From contig OZ320320.1 in NCBI GenBank assembly GCA_976226885.1, positions 37,448,001-37,512,000 on the forward strand: 64,000 nt of DNA, given 5' to 3'. Every line of letters starts with the position of its first letter. The first letter of the stretch is position 1. The notes beneath the pieces were generated by a model. It worked only from the letters and a program-made list of their open reading frames with translations. It had not been told where the DNA came from and did not search any database. The translations under genes were made by a program, and so were the position numbers. Shown here one piece after another: positions 24,700 through 38,160 of the stretch. This DNA comes from Iphione sp. A-MEVVRFRX5. Taxonomy: Eukaryota.

Positions 24700-27600
24700 A
24701 TCCTACTTACAACAGCTCCTATCGATCGTGCTTTCCCACAAGAAATCTTTAAGGTTCACTTCTAATAAATGGTCTTTTCCTATGGAACCTCGAATGCATA
24801 TTACGATGGAAAATCAGTAACAAAATTATTTTCGATAACTTCCGTCCGTTGTTATAGAAAATCTTTCTGGAAATTTTTGAAATAGAACATTCCCAAGGTT
24901 GTCTGTAATGGTTTTCACACCGGTCGATCTTTTTACTGAACTGTTGAACGTTTTGAGTCCAAAACATTAATTAAATTATTTTCATTTATAGCCGGGAAGG
25001 GGGGCTGTGAATGCCTTGTAAAATCACAGTATACTGATCCTTTTGTGTGCACCAAACGTATTTTAATCAACTTATGCGAGTAGTTTTACTATCAACTTGA
25101 GCAAGGAGATTTAAAGTCGCTGTCTAGCAAGTTATGTACGGGGAGGGATGACCATTATTATGGGTTTTCTTATTTTATCTCTACCAGTGTGCTTCACATG
25201 ATTTTCGTACTGCAATTCCACTGCTGGCGGTAAACACGCTAGTCATACATCGCTTCGCGGTATCTGCCAACTGGAAATAACAATCATCCTGGTTCCCATA
25301 CCTTAAGATCACACGAAATTGAGGTAGGGGTACCAGGAGGAGTTCGGAATGTTACGCAGAGTGTTGACGAATCGAAATTTATTGACAAAAACCCTAAAAA
25401 TAATGCTTTATGGAACGAAATTTGGGAAAAAATCCCTTAATATGTCAAAATCAAGATCTAAAATGGTCTAATCTCTCCCAATTTTAATGAGCAAAAATCG
25501 ATTCGACAGGATTCCGCCATTTTGAATTGGCTTTTTCAAGGTGCATTTCCCAGCATACACTGAAGTCAAACCAGATTTCCGGGACGATGCCTTTTTATAT
25601 AAGTAGGTAATGAACACCCAGTTAGAAATCATATTTCAGAGTATCTTATTTGTTTCTGTTTTAAAGAAAGCATTTTCAGAAAGGCTTTGTACTATTCCCT
25701 CACGAAAAAAAAGTTTAAAAACTCTTACACTCTTTGTAATTCTCGACTTACCTCTAAGAAAGTAATACCGTGTGAACCATTGCCAAAGTGCAAGGCGTAC
25801 ATTGACAGTTGTTTTCTCTGGCATGAAAGCTGCATCTGATATCAATTTATTTTAATAGAAGGTGATAAAGAGTTGGCCCTCTCTTGTTTCCTGATGCTAG
25901 ATATAGTTGGCCGGATCCTCATGTGTGATACGCCTTCTATTTATTCCGTAAGTCCAAGCATTCAACCCTTTACACCCAGTGTAAAACAACACCAAATCCT
26001 GTTCAGTTCACCAGGGTGCAGTTAAAACATGAAAAAAAATGATTCAAAGGCCTTACTCCCCGGAGGGGGTGGATAGATGGCAAGCTGCCAAGACTGAAGG
26101 AAACCAACGCCATCGGGTATCGTTCTTCTGAGGCAAATGGTTTTAATTGAGAAACTTTTTGTGCCTGTCCTGGGATTGCTCTTAGAAAGGTGATTAATAT
26201 CATTTCAAAGAACTCTCAGTTGATAAGCTAGAAAAGATATGATTATTTTAAACAAGTTTCATGAAGGCCTAATTTTCCCTTTTCCGCCATCACCACCGAT
26301 GGAAGAAAAGGCTGGTTTCTACTGCCACATTATGTGCGATCCATCTATAATGTCGTGTACGTCTCTTTGAGCGTACGACCTGCTCACTAATCACGGTTGC
26401 AAGTCTCTCTCCCTTTAACGTTGTCCACATCCTCTTTCTGCGCCTCGCAGGCCCCGTTTCTCTCACACTGTATCTATCTGCCAGTCCTCTACCCAATTTT
26501 TCTTAATTATAACGATGCGTCGTGTTTATTAAAGCTCGTAGTTTCTACAAGTGATGTTTGGGTCGCGTTTTATTGATAGAATATAGTGATGAGCCTTCAG
26601 TTCATTTCAATGTTTCATAAAGATATTCCCAGGTAAAAGACAAGTGATGCACCAAGATATCATGGATTATACTTTGAAAGAACTGCATTTGAGTTTTATT
26701 CAAAAGCTTTCGAGACTTCTGCAATTAGATTTTATGGCTGTTTCGTAAAGGTTCCATGTTACTATTTCTCATAAAAGATACGTGTACTTTGGAATAGCAT
26801 CATGCTTAAAACATTTTAACATCAATTTAATAAGGATATTACAAAGTTTATCCATGACAATGGTCGATTAATTCAATATTCAAACAATGGGTCACATGTA
26901 AAAAGCGAATTCTATATTCGAGTGTTCATATGAAGCTTTCATGAAGAAATAAACATCCTCAAGCACGAGGAGGCTAAGTTTTGGGGGGAAAAGTGACCTT
27001 ACTAGAGGAAACTTTTCTTCAAGACATGTCCGGGCAAAAGACAAATGAATACTTGTTCAAGGCGTTATACCGTGTTAAGGACAAGTGATACCTTCAGGCA
27101 TCATGGATCATACTATAGCACTTCAAAGAATTATTACAATTTGATAATCATGTTCATTGTCACGATAACTGTCTGCTACATTATAGTAGCAAGAGTCTTA
27201 TCCAAAGGGGAGAGTGTAGAATGAAACCATTTCCTTGTACACGAGTTATCAGTAACATTTATATTTAAATGGCTCCGTCAAAATAGATCTAGAATTAAAA
27301 TAGATCAAGAATTGGATATTCTTGCTGTAGCAGCCACACTTCTTGATAAAAAAAGTTTTTTGCAATGCCTTTTCTTGTTTATGCAGGCCTATATGTGAAC
27401 CCCGTGCCCAGCCCCAACCAAAGCTACTAGCCTGATTGTGCACTGCGCCAACAACACAAAGTCAATTCCATTTTTCGGGAAAATGAGTTTTGAGTGAGGG
27501 ACGACGATGTGCAGTTAACACGTTCTACGGATGAGAACATACCAGCTGTGCACGGGGAAAAAACCGAGATTCTCAGGGAAGATAGATAAACATAATAAAA

Positions 27601-27800
27601 CCGTACATCTGATGGTTATTTCCCACAAATTGTCTCTGAACGTTTTCCTGAAATCTTTTAGGGAATGCAATACAAAGGAATATAATTGCTCAACGTTTCA
27701 AGAAAATGAATGAAACGACCAAGAATCCTCACTTCAATAAAGTTGTATTCCTTGCAAGAAAGGTAATTTACGCACAACAGATAAACTCCAATATATTCCT
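24700..27800 (+). pseudogene. Probable decayed tetratricopeptide-repeat array (42-aa kinesin-light-chain/nephrocystin-3-like TPR type)
   Basis: Scattered + strand remnants of the consensus ALxYxxKALxI..xLGxxHP: LSHKKSL (24731), CYRKSF (24850), GNEHP...RKALYY (25606), GDKELALSCF.MLDI.GRIL..DTPSI (25861-25941), AFEFYSKAF (26685), KFWGEK*P (26976), NEYLFKAL (27044), LNVFLKSF (27636). Many stops and frameshifts; by-eye alignment only. Confidence 0.42.
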
Positions 27801-28994
27801 TCTAAACGGAACTCGAGGAAATATTTAGGAGATCCCTGATTAAGATCAAATTTGCTTTGGAAATCTTATCACATTTAGCGCAATGGCGTTATTTTCAAAT
27901 CTAAGCTTTATTCGGTGTCTAAATACTGATATAAGTTTAATGCTGACCATGGTCAGCTGTGTGGACAACACGCTTCCAGAGAATGCACCTTAATGGGTAG
28001 ATTAACCCTCGTCTCCAGCCTGGCACCGCGCTTTGAAAAGCCTTGTGTACGTTGACAGTGAGATTGGCACGCAAAACGAAGGCCCCCAAGCCTTTTGTAC
28101 CTGCCGCCTTTCTGAGCTGTTCCGGCGCGGTCCAGCTGAGGCAAGCAGCTCTCCCGTCTAAAGATAGACTGTGAGCAGGTCATAAAGCCAGGAAACCCCA
28201 CCTCTCCGTGACACATGGTCCACCCATTTGCCGGCAGAGCTGCTGTGACCTTCTGTGCACGAGAGCTGCTCGATGATTGATCGTGTTTCTATTGTTGGAG
28301 CGGGCGAACAGCTTTTGAGCGCCTCCTTCAAGCTCGCCCCGGTCGCGCTGGCTACTTAGCACCTACTGGTAATTCACCCTAAACGCGTTATCCTTGGGTA
28401 AGGCATGGTGGAAAGTACACCCGTCCATGGAGTGCTGCGGCCACTCCGCACCTTTGTGCTATTCCTCTCCGGTGTTTTCACAAGGCGGAGGTCTGCTTTG
28501 AACACAGAGAACCACGCCAGCTATGAAGGTGTTAGAGCCATTCTTGGCCAACGAACCAATCACAGACACATTTTACTGTCACTCGCCCTACAGCTACGGC
28601 TAATGAATTTCCTCCGTGTGCGGCCGCTGTTCACTTCCGACATTTTAACGAATGTCTAATTGAAATGGCTCACATTGCATTATTGAAGCACGCCCATTGA
28701 AATGGCTCTAATTCATACTGATGCACAGCTCAGACATTGAAGCTTCTCTAATGCTACATTGATTTTATGTGAGATACACCAAAAGAAGTGTTCTTAGACT
28801 GGTTCGTTGGGTTACATCGGGTTTACTCTAATCCCCAGTAAGAAAATTTCAACCATTTTTCCCTTCCGGCAATGCGCCCAAATGTGGATATTGTCTCCTA
28901 CCACAATGTCTCTATCTAGACTATCTTACATATACATTATTTTATATGTGTTCACCTAATAATCAAAGATTTGCCCCACAACCTTACTTACATA

Positions 28995-29121
28995 TATAAC
29001 TTTATTTTCACTGGACGTATTTTGATTTCGGCTCGACTGAATAGAAGCCACGATTCCGTAAAGCCTAACATCTGCTCTATACTACCCCATAAAGGCAACT
29101 ATCGCATGCCTCTGTAGACAA
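28995..29121 (-). mobile_element. Short relic sharing the 3' terminal sequence of the intact LINE
   Basis: 21/21 match TATAACTTTATTTTCACTGGA (28995-29015 vs 14752-14772), then collinear TGCTCTATACTAC (29073-29085 vs 14931-14943) and TCTGTAG(A/T)CAA (29111-29121 vs 14958-14968). Confidence 0.6.
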
Positions 29122-29479
29122 TATTATTAGACCTACATCCTGCTTACATGCGCAATTTGCCAATATCCTCCTCCCTTGCAGCATTTTCCACGTGCATTAA
29201 TATTAGCTACTTTTTTGGCTTGCCGGCTGGAAAATGAATCTTGAACTAAGAGCGGCTGCTTGACATGGTCCCTCGCTAACAGCCCCAGAAAGCGGGGTTT
29301 CCCTTCCATCATTATCGTCCACCGTAAAACAAGCAAGTCAGAAGCCATTGCAGTTATCAGATGACAACGTATTTCCCCATCCATTAAGGAAAACGCATAT
29401 CCCCAGCGGCGCTGTGCCCCAACTCCTTATGTCCCCTAACTCTTTCCGCCGTCCTCTTCCTCCTTCTCTTCCCGCTCCT

Positions 29480-30290
29480 TCTGCCAGCATTATCCCCACC
29501 ACCATTATTGCCACCACTACCACCATTACCAAGACCCATCATCTATTACAAGAACACCACCACCACTATCACCACCACCGCCACCGACATCAACACCACC
29601 ATCCCGAGCACCACCACCTACACCACTATCGCTACTACCACAACTACAACCACCACTACAATTCCCAATATTAAAACAAGTACTATCACAACACCAAACC
29701 CCAGCTGGTCCCATGACCATCATTATTTAAGCACTAATGCCACTTGAACATTAAGTACAATCACCACAACCACAGCAAGCAAAGATGCCATGCCTGATGT
29801 TGTTAGAGCATCAATACAAACACCAGCCCTAACAAGTAACACCATCTCTGACAGAGACACCATTACTTCCACCAAAGTACATCACCATAATCATTAATTT
29901 GCAACTCTTTCCACTACCCAATTTAATCAGCACTAAAATAGCCATCACGCAGATCACTAAAACAGAACTCCAACTTAACCAGCAGCATTAGCAGAAAGAC
30001 CCTTAGCCTCAACGTTAAGAAGACAGTTACTACCTGCCGAAGCATCACCTTCACTATCACACACACCACATCCACCAATACAAATTTAGACCCTCAACGC
30101 CATAATTACTAAAGCAATAACCGCCACCAGCCATAGCTCGAGCAGCAGGATACCTGAGGACCACCACCAAGTTCGCCATTACAACCACATCCACAACTAC
30201 AAACACTACTACCACGACTGCTGCAACCATTACAGCACAGCCACAACTACCACCGCCGAAAATCAAGGTCCAATCACCGAAAACTAACTC
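29480..30290. repeat. Degenerate (ACC/ACT/AAC)n low-complexity block
   Basis: Near-pure ACC runs at 29500-29700, decaying outward; gives poly-Thr/His pseudo-ORFs. Confidence 0.85.
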
Positions 30291-33200
30291 ATGATTTAAT
30301 ATGCCGAGAAAAGCTCCGCTTTATCGGTTTCGTGTGCCAATTACTAAAGCCATCAGGAGCGCACCCATGCTTACACGATACAAACGGAAACAGATATGGA
30401 GGTGTCATTTAGTTCATAAATTGGGACGACATAACCCGAATAACAGGCACATTCAACGCATGTTCAATACGTGCTATGGCCAGAGCGACCCCGGCTTGAC
30501 CCCGACAGACCGCCACCTTCCATCAGCAATATCCATTGCTCTAGGTAAAATTGTGTGGCTATCCTTCCCCATCGCCCCAGTCTCCAGGAGAATGATGGAC
30601 GGTAAGATGTCCCGTCATGTGTCTCGGTTATCCCATTGACATGGAGGTATCTAGGTCAACTCGGCGGCGCCCTCCTACCTATAAAGCTCATACAACTAGG
30701 AGTACAACGAAAACGGTGTTGTGAGCACGCAAATGGTGATGTATTCCATCGATCCGCAACGTAATCACGACGACGGTGGTGAGGCCATCATTGGTAAAGA
30801 AAGGGTTACGTGTAAGAAAAATAATATGTATGCACAAAGTCTTTCCTCCAGTTGAGCGATCGCACACCAAAAGATATAGTCAAAATGACGGTACTACAGT
30901 GTTCATATTCGAGTATCAACAGTGCGGAACGCTGTGTATAATGCGATTTTACGATCAGTCAATTACAGAGGCGACGTAGCGCTTGTGTATATGACGAAAA
31001 CCGACATTTAAAAAAATTCGTTTTAGAATTCTTACACTAAGATTTGTGCTCGTAATCAAACCTAGGCGAATGGTCATACTTTCATTGTACATGTATATGA
31101 TGTAATATGGGCGCATCAAAAGTATTTTTGGCCTGCTAAACTGGCCGAGGTGAGAAACAAATCTTTTACTTGTTCTTGTAGCTAAAGTGAAACTATTTCA
31201 AGAAATGGACGAAAACAGACGTAAATTCGTAACAGTCCCGATTGTCCAGCTTTATGATTCTTCATATGCAACTTTCTAAATACATGTACCAAAAATACAT
31301 GTCTATTATTTTAGTGGAAGAAAACCTGATCTGTGGAAAAAAAGTCAAAGATATTCATAAAATAACCAATAACCTAAATTCGAACAATTTCGTCAGATCA
31401 TGTTACACGAGTGTTAATTAAAGGACCGATGGGGGTCTTGGCTCAGTCAGGTCTCCGACCCCCGTCTAACACCTACCTCTGTTGCTGCGGTTGCCAGAAA
31501 GACCATTGATTTTGAAAAAGGAACCATTAATACCAAGGAGACTGATGGCTGAAGGACAGGGACAGCCATACAGGACACAAAAGGCTGAATAGGGCAAATT
31601 TTCTCTTTACTCCAAACACATTGCTTTATAAACCTATTAGAAATGATAAGAAACACGCTTTAACCTGTTCAGGGGGGCTTCCTACGGTCAACCCGCCAGT
31701 TTGGCAAACTCTGGTTCATGGCATTCTAGGCGCGGTGGTTGTCAGAGTTATTTTTGGATAAGCAAATGTTTAAGCTCATCGTACGGCATTATAAGCAGCT
31801 AGCATAGACAGGGTTTGCAGATATAAACCCTATACCTCCAGTTTGTATCTCTGCAGAATCATCTTGTATAAGAACGTGTCTGTGCATACATTTTTATAAG
31901 TAACTGATTATGGCACCTATATATAATTGATCAAGAAATGCCTTTTACAGAAAACATGACTGACAAAGTGTATGCTATACTATAAAATGGAGAGACATAC
32001 AACTTAAGTCACTTTTTCTATAGAAAAATCAGTGTGAAGTAAAAAATTGAAAATACTATTATAAAGACATAAAATATATTATAAAGATATAAAGTATATT
32101 ATAAAGTCCTCTTCATATATTGCAATTCAATTCATTCTTTAAAACACGTCAAATCAGTTACATCTGCTCAAATGAACGATGGCTTATGATGTCTTTCTAT
32201 GAGCTTAAAAATTCTATCCATACTGTCAGAATTTGGCAGGTTGTAGAGCCAACATTTAACAATAAGCAGCAGGCACCACTGGGTGAAGGTGTCTGTGTTG
32301 TAACACAACCGGACCTCCGGAACTACTGGACTAATTTCCGTCATTCTCTTGTTACCGAAAGGAATACGGAATGCCCACCAGCCAACAGACATTTCTCCAA
32401 TTTCTCAACAATATTGCGAAAGGTCTCCATTATAGCATTATTTCATAGATTTAACTAAGGATTCCCCAATTAACGCTAAGAATAGGTTTGCTTTGAACTT
32501 CGATGTCCGCATTTCGTTTCGACCTGATGTCAATAGTTGTAGTCATAGCTGTGTCATCTTATAGATTTGGGAAAACAATATATTATAAGCAATATTAGTA
32601 AGGTATCAGTATACGTTCAAAATAACTTGTGAGTGAGTGACATTGTGCTTCCCGTCACGTCCCACTCAATCAAATTCTACTCTGTTTTTCACTGGAGCGA
32701 CGTCTATGACGGAGAGGTGAGGAATGCAAAACAAGATTGTAGTAACAAGATCACGAGTTCCACCCAGAGGGTCAGAGTGGGCGGAGGGCGCAGTGTAGCT
32801 TCTTCCACAGCATCAACATGAGAGGCAGTCCGAGAAGCGACAGCCAGGGCTCAGGGAGATAGCCAGATAAATGGAAGCCGTTGACAAGCGCAGATAGGCG
32901 TGTAGTCAGACTGGAAACAAACGCAACTCAGGGAGCGGTTTGGGCAAAATAAAACCCTGTCCAGCTAAAACTTAGCTTTAGCTACCGCTTCTCCTAACAG
33001 GGGACGCATGAGGGAGACGAGGGAGTGTGTGTGGGGGTGGGGTGGGGGGAGTACTCAGTGGATCAGTGGACGTACTTTTGACAGGTCGCTAAAAGCGAAT
33101 GAAGGATGGATGAGATGGTAGAGGGGTGTCCCGCTAGCAAGGCGAGCTGCTCCAGCGGCTCCGAGTCGCTCAATGATCGATCGCTCAGCGTCGTCGTTTG

Positions 33201-34796
33201 CTCGGCCAGCCGGACGTATTGCTCAGTCCTGCTCCCCCCTAACCTTACTCCTCTTTTCCTCGCGGTTTTTGGACCACAGAAGCAAGGCCGTGCCTGCCCA
33301 ACCATCACATTATGCCATACAATCGCATGGCGGTGCGTTGCGGCTTAGCATAAGGTTGGGCCGGGGGATGGAGGGGGGCTTAGTGGAGGAGACAGGGTGA
33401 GGGGACAGCAACACAACTGGGATACAAAAGGCGAAATAGAGGAATTGGGAGATGTCAGAGGGGCCCAGTTCGCATGGTCACGAAAGGACACGGTGAAATT
33501 GGAATAGACAGGCAAAAAAATATGTATGGAGACGTAGCAAGAAATAACAAAGAGGCTTGAAGGATATGATCGTTGGGTGATCGGTTATGGGTATTCATGT
33601 CATGTTTCTCAGTGAAAGGTTATAGTGTGGATCCAGACAATTGTATTAAAAAAGAATAATAAAAGGAGAGTCAGAAACGTTTCAGGGAATGTAATATTTT
33701 ATTTTGGAGACATAGATTGGTGAAGGTGCTGAGAATGGAAAGGGTACTTTGAGGCACAATGAGAAACTGACAGGATGCACCTGCATAGACAAAAGTGCGA
33801 ATTTCGTTAAAATAATACTCAGTATATTTGCAGCATAAACTAAGGAGTATATCAGCATAACAATGATTTTTTTTCAAGTTTCTCTCATTTCCACTTTACC
33901 CATGTTGCCATCTCAATATCTCGCTTTACTAATACCGACGGCGGTACACACCTGTCCCGTAAGGATCTTATCGGTAATATTCTTCCAGAGTATCCCTCAC
34001 ACGCACGGATTTGAACACAATATTACGGAAAAACAGGCACACATACATACCATACCAACGAACATACATTAACCGACCAACACCCATACACTCATTTGAA
34101 TGCATTCACATTCCAGTAGACACAGAATGACACACACACCCTGTAGGCACTCTTTCACAAACAGACACGCAACACACACACATCACATTCACACACGCAC
34201 ATAGACGCCTATGTGCGCCGACTCGTCGACAGGCAATCACCCGTTGAACCCACCGGCTGAGACGGTGATCCGGATCAGTGCCTGAGGTCGCTGTGAGGAC
34301 GTGTCCTTGGTGACCTGGGTTCATCCCTCTGCCAGCCACCGCCACAGCCTTCGTCTCTCCAGACCCGACAGGACACTGTGTCTAGGGTTAAAACCATCAC
34401 GCGCCACGCCGTACTCTTCAAGGATTTGGGCAGGCAGAACCTTTATATGTGACTCTATGCGTATTCTTCTGCAATGCCTTTTATAATCCCTCTTACTGCG
34501 TCCAAGCATGTTTGCATACTCTTTAGGGCGTTTGTCTATCTACTTCTTCCTCCTGTCTGTTTGTTTCTCCGGCACATAATGCCCTGATATTTTATGTCTT
34601 TGCCTTGCGTAGTTTTCTCTAAATAATTTTGTCTCACTCCTTTTTGTATGTCGCCTGTCCCTAGGATTCCCATTCAGCGCATTACTATTTCCTAAACTAT
34701 TTGTAATTACCCTCCTCTCCTCACACTGTATGATATTGCTCACTCTCTATATGCAAGACCCTCTTTGCACTAATCCTCCCTCATATTTGTCCGCAT

Positions 34797-34819
34797 CTAT
34801 CTGTCTGTCTGTCTGGCTA

Positions 34820-34854
<35 letters not shown>

Positions 34855-34866
34855 TTCTCTCTCTCT
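34797..34866. repeat. Compound (TGTC)n-(TC)n microsatellite
   Basis: Read directly; same compound type as 14646-14716 in reverse orientation. Confidence 0.9.
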
Positions 34867-37800
34867 CGCACAATTTTGTGCACGAAAAATCTCACCTGCG
34901 ATGTCCAAATCACAGAGTAAATCACATATATAGTTACATATAAACGCTTGATCTTGACGCCTGCCTGTGCATCCGCTAAACCAACTATCAATAAAAGCTT
35001 ATATTCACCACTAGCCACACAATACCCTGCACTGCCTCTATGACCTTATCAGGTCGCCCTCCTGCCGACTGAAGTGGGAAAGGCGAGCTTCCAATAGGCC
35101 ATTAATTATTTAAGGTGGTCACCACTGGCCGGACAGTTGAAGGTCGCATGATCGCAGTTGCCCCTCCCTCCCCGAAAATATTAACGCCACTATGGCCGCA
35201 GCTGTCTGGGGAAGGCTGATAGTGAACGGAGTCTGTGGTGGTGTGTGGCTTCGTAGTGTTGTTCTTTCGTGTGTGTTTCCGTGCGTATGTCTGAGTGTGT
35301 GGCTTCGTGAACTAACATGCTTTGGACATGCCTGGGAATACAGTAGTATAGAGATGGCAGATATGCACTGCATTAACCGTATTAATATTATAGGAAGCCT
35401 CATATTTTCTATTTACACTGCGAATTGGATAAGGTTATAAATGTAATTCAATCTTAAAAATACCTAATTCAATCAGAATGACACATTTAGTTCCATTTAA
35501 CAAATCGTGACTGCAATTGGTAGTGAACATTTGTCAAGCTACAGATAGTAAATACGTATACTGTGCATAATCTCCAATTTGTGCTGTATATATAAGTACG
35601 GTCACATATATATTTCTGTCTCTACGTAATTACTTTGTTGTTGAGTCATAGCTCAACTGAAAGCCAGGTAAAGAAACTTGTTAAAATTCCATAAACTGCA
35701 ATAAGTAGCTAGGCCTGTTGGAGTCTGCTGACGTGTTAGTTCGTGAGAATGGATATGACAATACTTGTCACCTGAACCACACGTCTCGAAAATATATTAC
35801 CTGAGGACTACATATGTATGACTGCTCTGGAAAACATGAGTTAAGTAGGGTAATACGTTCCAGCTAGAGCTCACTTCCTGTTATTATTAAGAGTTGCTCG
35901 CCTGAACGGCGGTAATGGAAGCGCCAACAAGACCCGAGGCCACATGAAGAGGTACAAGGTAGACACAAATGCCTTTTCGATTCCTTCCTGATATTCTTGG
36001 TCTGCTCATGGCTAATGGTTTCCTGTCCTCAAAGCAGGTCCCTTTACAGTCGCCATCCACACGTTATTTCTAGGAATATTAAATTCTATTCCGATTATTC
36101 TCATGTCGATGTCCAAAAGTTTATCAAAGTTGAATTCGACTAAACTGTGACAAATAGTTTAATAGTTTGGTTTTGATATGTGTTGATACTGAATAGAAAT
36201 TTTCAGTTTATAATTATGGTTATTACAATTGTGTTAGTTGTTGTAGGTGCATATAGCTATACTCATAGGTATCAAAACCATTCCTCTTTTCTTATAGGCA
36301 ACATTCAACTATTTGAAAAGTGTTAGAAACATATACGCATTAATGCATTAATTTTGTTTCTATAAACAAATTGAAGAGATAAACCTTTATCACATTAATA
36401 TCTGAACACTTGTTTTTAGGATGTAAATAAATCTTTGTTAGTTTTAATAGATGGGTAGGTGGTGTTCTTAGACACATCTTGCTTATTCCAGTCGATTATC
36501 CCGAGTATCAATGGGCAAATCCGTTCTATAATATTATGGAGGGAGGCATATATCTTGAAAGCACGCCTGTAACACGGTGTGAGGACTGATCTTATGTTCA
36601 TATAATTTCTCTGGTAGCTATTCCTTGAACTGGACAAATAATACGACGTTTTAGTTTCAATTTATTAAAAGGCAATAAATAATCAAATCAGATGTTAATA
36701 AATCATCAATACAAAACACCTTCCCGGGATTACTCTTCGGGAAAGGCAAGGAAGGCTGTGAAAATATTGGACAGTGCCTAAATTTCAAGGTGCAGAGCGC
36801 CTCTTATTTTCAATTCGTGCGCGCCCATAAGGCATCTACTAATGCGCCGTATGTGAATGCATGCCTTTCATCAGCCAGGGTTATGGCTTCCCAGTGATGG
36901 ATGCAATGAATCCATGTGAATCCCCCCTTAGCTTAGGGGCCGGCTTATGGGGGGGGAGGGGGGATGGTGGCTTGTCGACTGCTGCCGACGGGCGACAGAG
37001 TTTGGCGGCGGACGGTCAAGGCTAAGGTCAATAAGGGCACGCCAGGCCCCGCTATACGATCGACAGCGACAGCCAAGGGAAGCCCATACGTACCTGTCAC
37101 ATTGGATTCGTGCCGGCAAATGGGACGGTGGCCGCCAGGCTGGACATAGCTGGTAATTACATGCACACCAACGGTCACCTTCAGCATAAACACACACATA
37201 CACGCCCGGCCACAAATGGGTAAATATGTACCCGGACTCGCGGAAGTGGCAATGGTAATTCCACCGTGTGTATGTAAATATATATGTATATTATATATAT
37301 ATATATATATGTGTGCGTCTGTGTGGATAGGTGTTGTTTCACTCATGGACTGAGTGATGGGATACTGGGTTGGGCCGATGACTGGTGCAGTGTCAGCCGC
37401 ACATGCTTGATTATGTGTTGCAACTTGGCATTTCATTTGAGAAAGTCAAGTCTTACTGAAAAAAACCGGCTTTAGCTTCGTAATATCGAGTGTGCCCTAA
37501 TTTTTCTTCTTTCGACTCACACCGCATCCTGTTAATGTTTTACTGAAAGTATTTTGGTGGTTTCCTCTAACGCCACGGTCCACTGTATTATATGCTACTT
37601 ATGGCAAAATATGGTATTGCATAGGTCGGCGTTTTTCGTTTAATCTCATTTGGCTATTTCCTCTCGTAGTTTTATGTATTCCAGCGAAGAGGTTATATCA
37701 AGCGTACTAAGCCAACGTCCGTGACCCGGGCCTCCATCGACCAGGTCAACAGGAGATAAAAATGTGATTTGGGTTGGGTTACTCGTACAAATCACACAAG

Positions 37801-38099
37801 CATAGCCCCCACTTCTAAAGACCCAACGTGACAGAATGGCACCGCCACCCATGCTGTCACCCCGTCCGTTCATACACACACACCGACACAAACACATACA
37901 CACAGAGGCGTGTCTCTGTGGGGCTTCTGGTCTAAGGGACACTTCGCCCCTCCCCCTTCCTGTCTCTCGGGAGCTGACCCACAAACCCTGCAATGTCAAC
38001 ACATGAAAAGAGGGTCTAAACGTTTATCGGGGAACACGCCAGCTATTTGCGGTGGGAGATAGTGCTACGTCCTTGAGGCAAAGGGCCCAAAGGGGACGT

Positions 38100-38160
38100 C
38101 CGTGGAGATGACGCGTCAAATGACGTTGTCATTGGTTGCCATGGTGACGGAAACGCCGGT
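38100..38160. promoter_or_regulatory. Compact RFX X-box / CRE-like / CCAAT module
   Basis: TGACGCGTCA (38109-38118), TGACGT (38121-38126), ATTGG (38131-38135), X-box GTTGCCATGGTGAC (38135-38148). Confidence 0.5.

Noticed and set aside
26532-26552. Resemblance to miR-993/miR-100-family 3p arm
   Set aside because: No complementary 5p arm or hairpin.
27660-27800. KVVFLARKVIYAQQ resembling RIG-I/Dicer helicase motif Ia
   Set aside because: No Walker A motif at the right distance; fits the decayed TPR interpretation equally well or better.
29348-29747. Poly-His and poly-Thr (mucin-like) ORFs
   Set aside because: Translation of an (ACC)n microsatellite; no splice or domain support.
31500-32450. 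Weak LINE RT-like words (PVQGGF, ANRHFSNFSTI)
   Set aside because: Motifs are in the wrong order and too degenerate to call.
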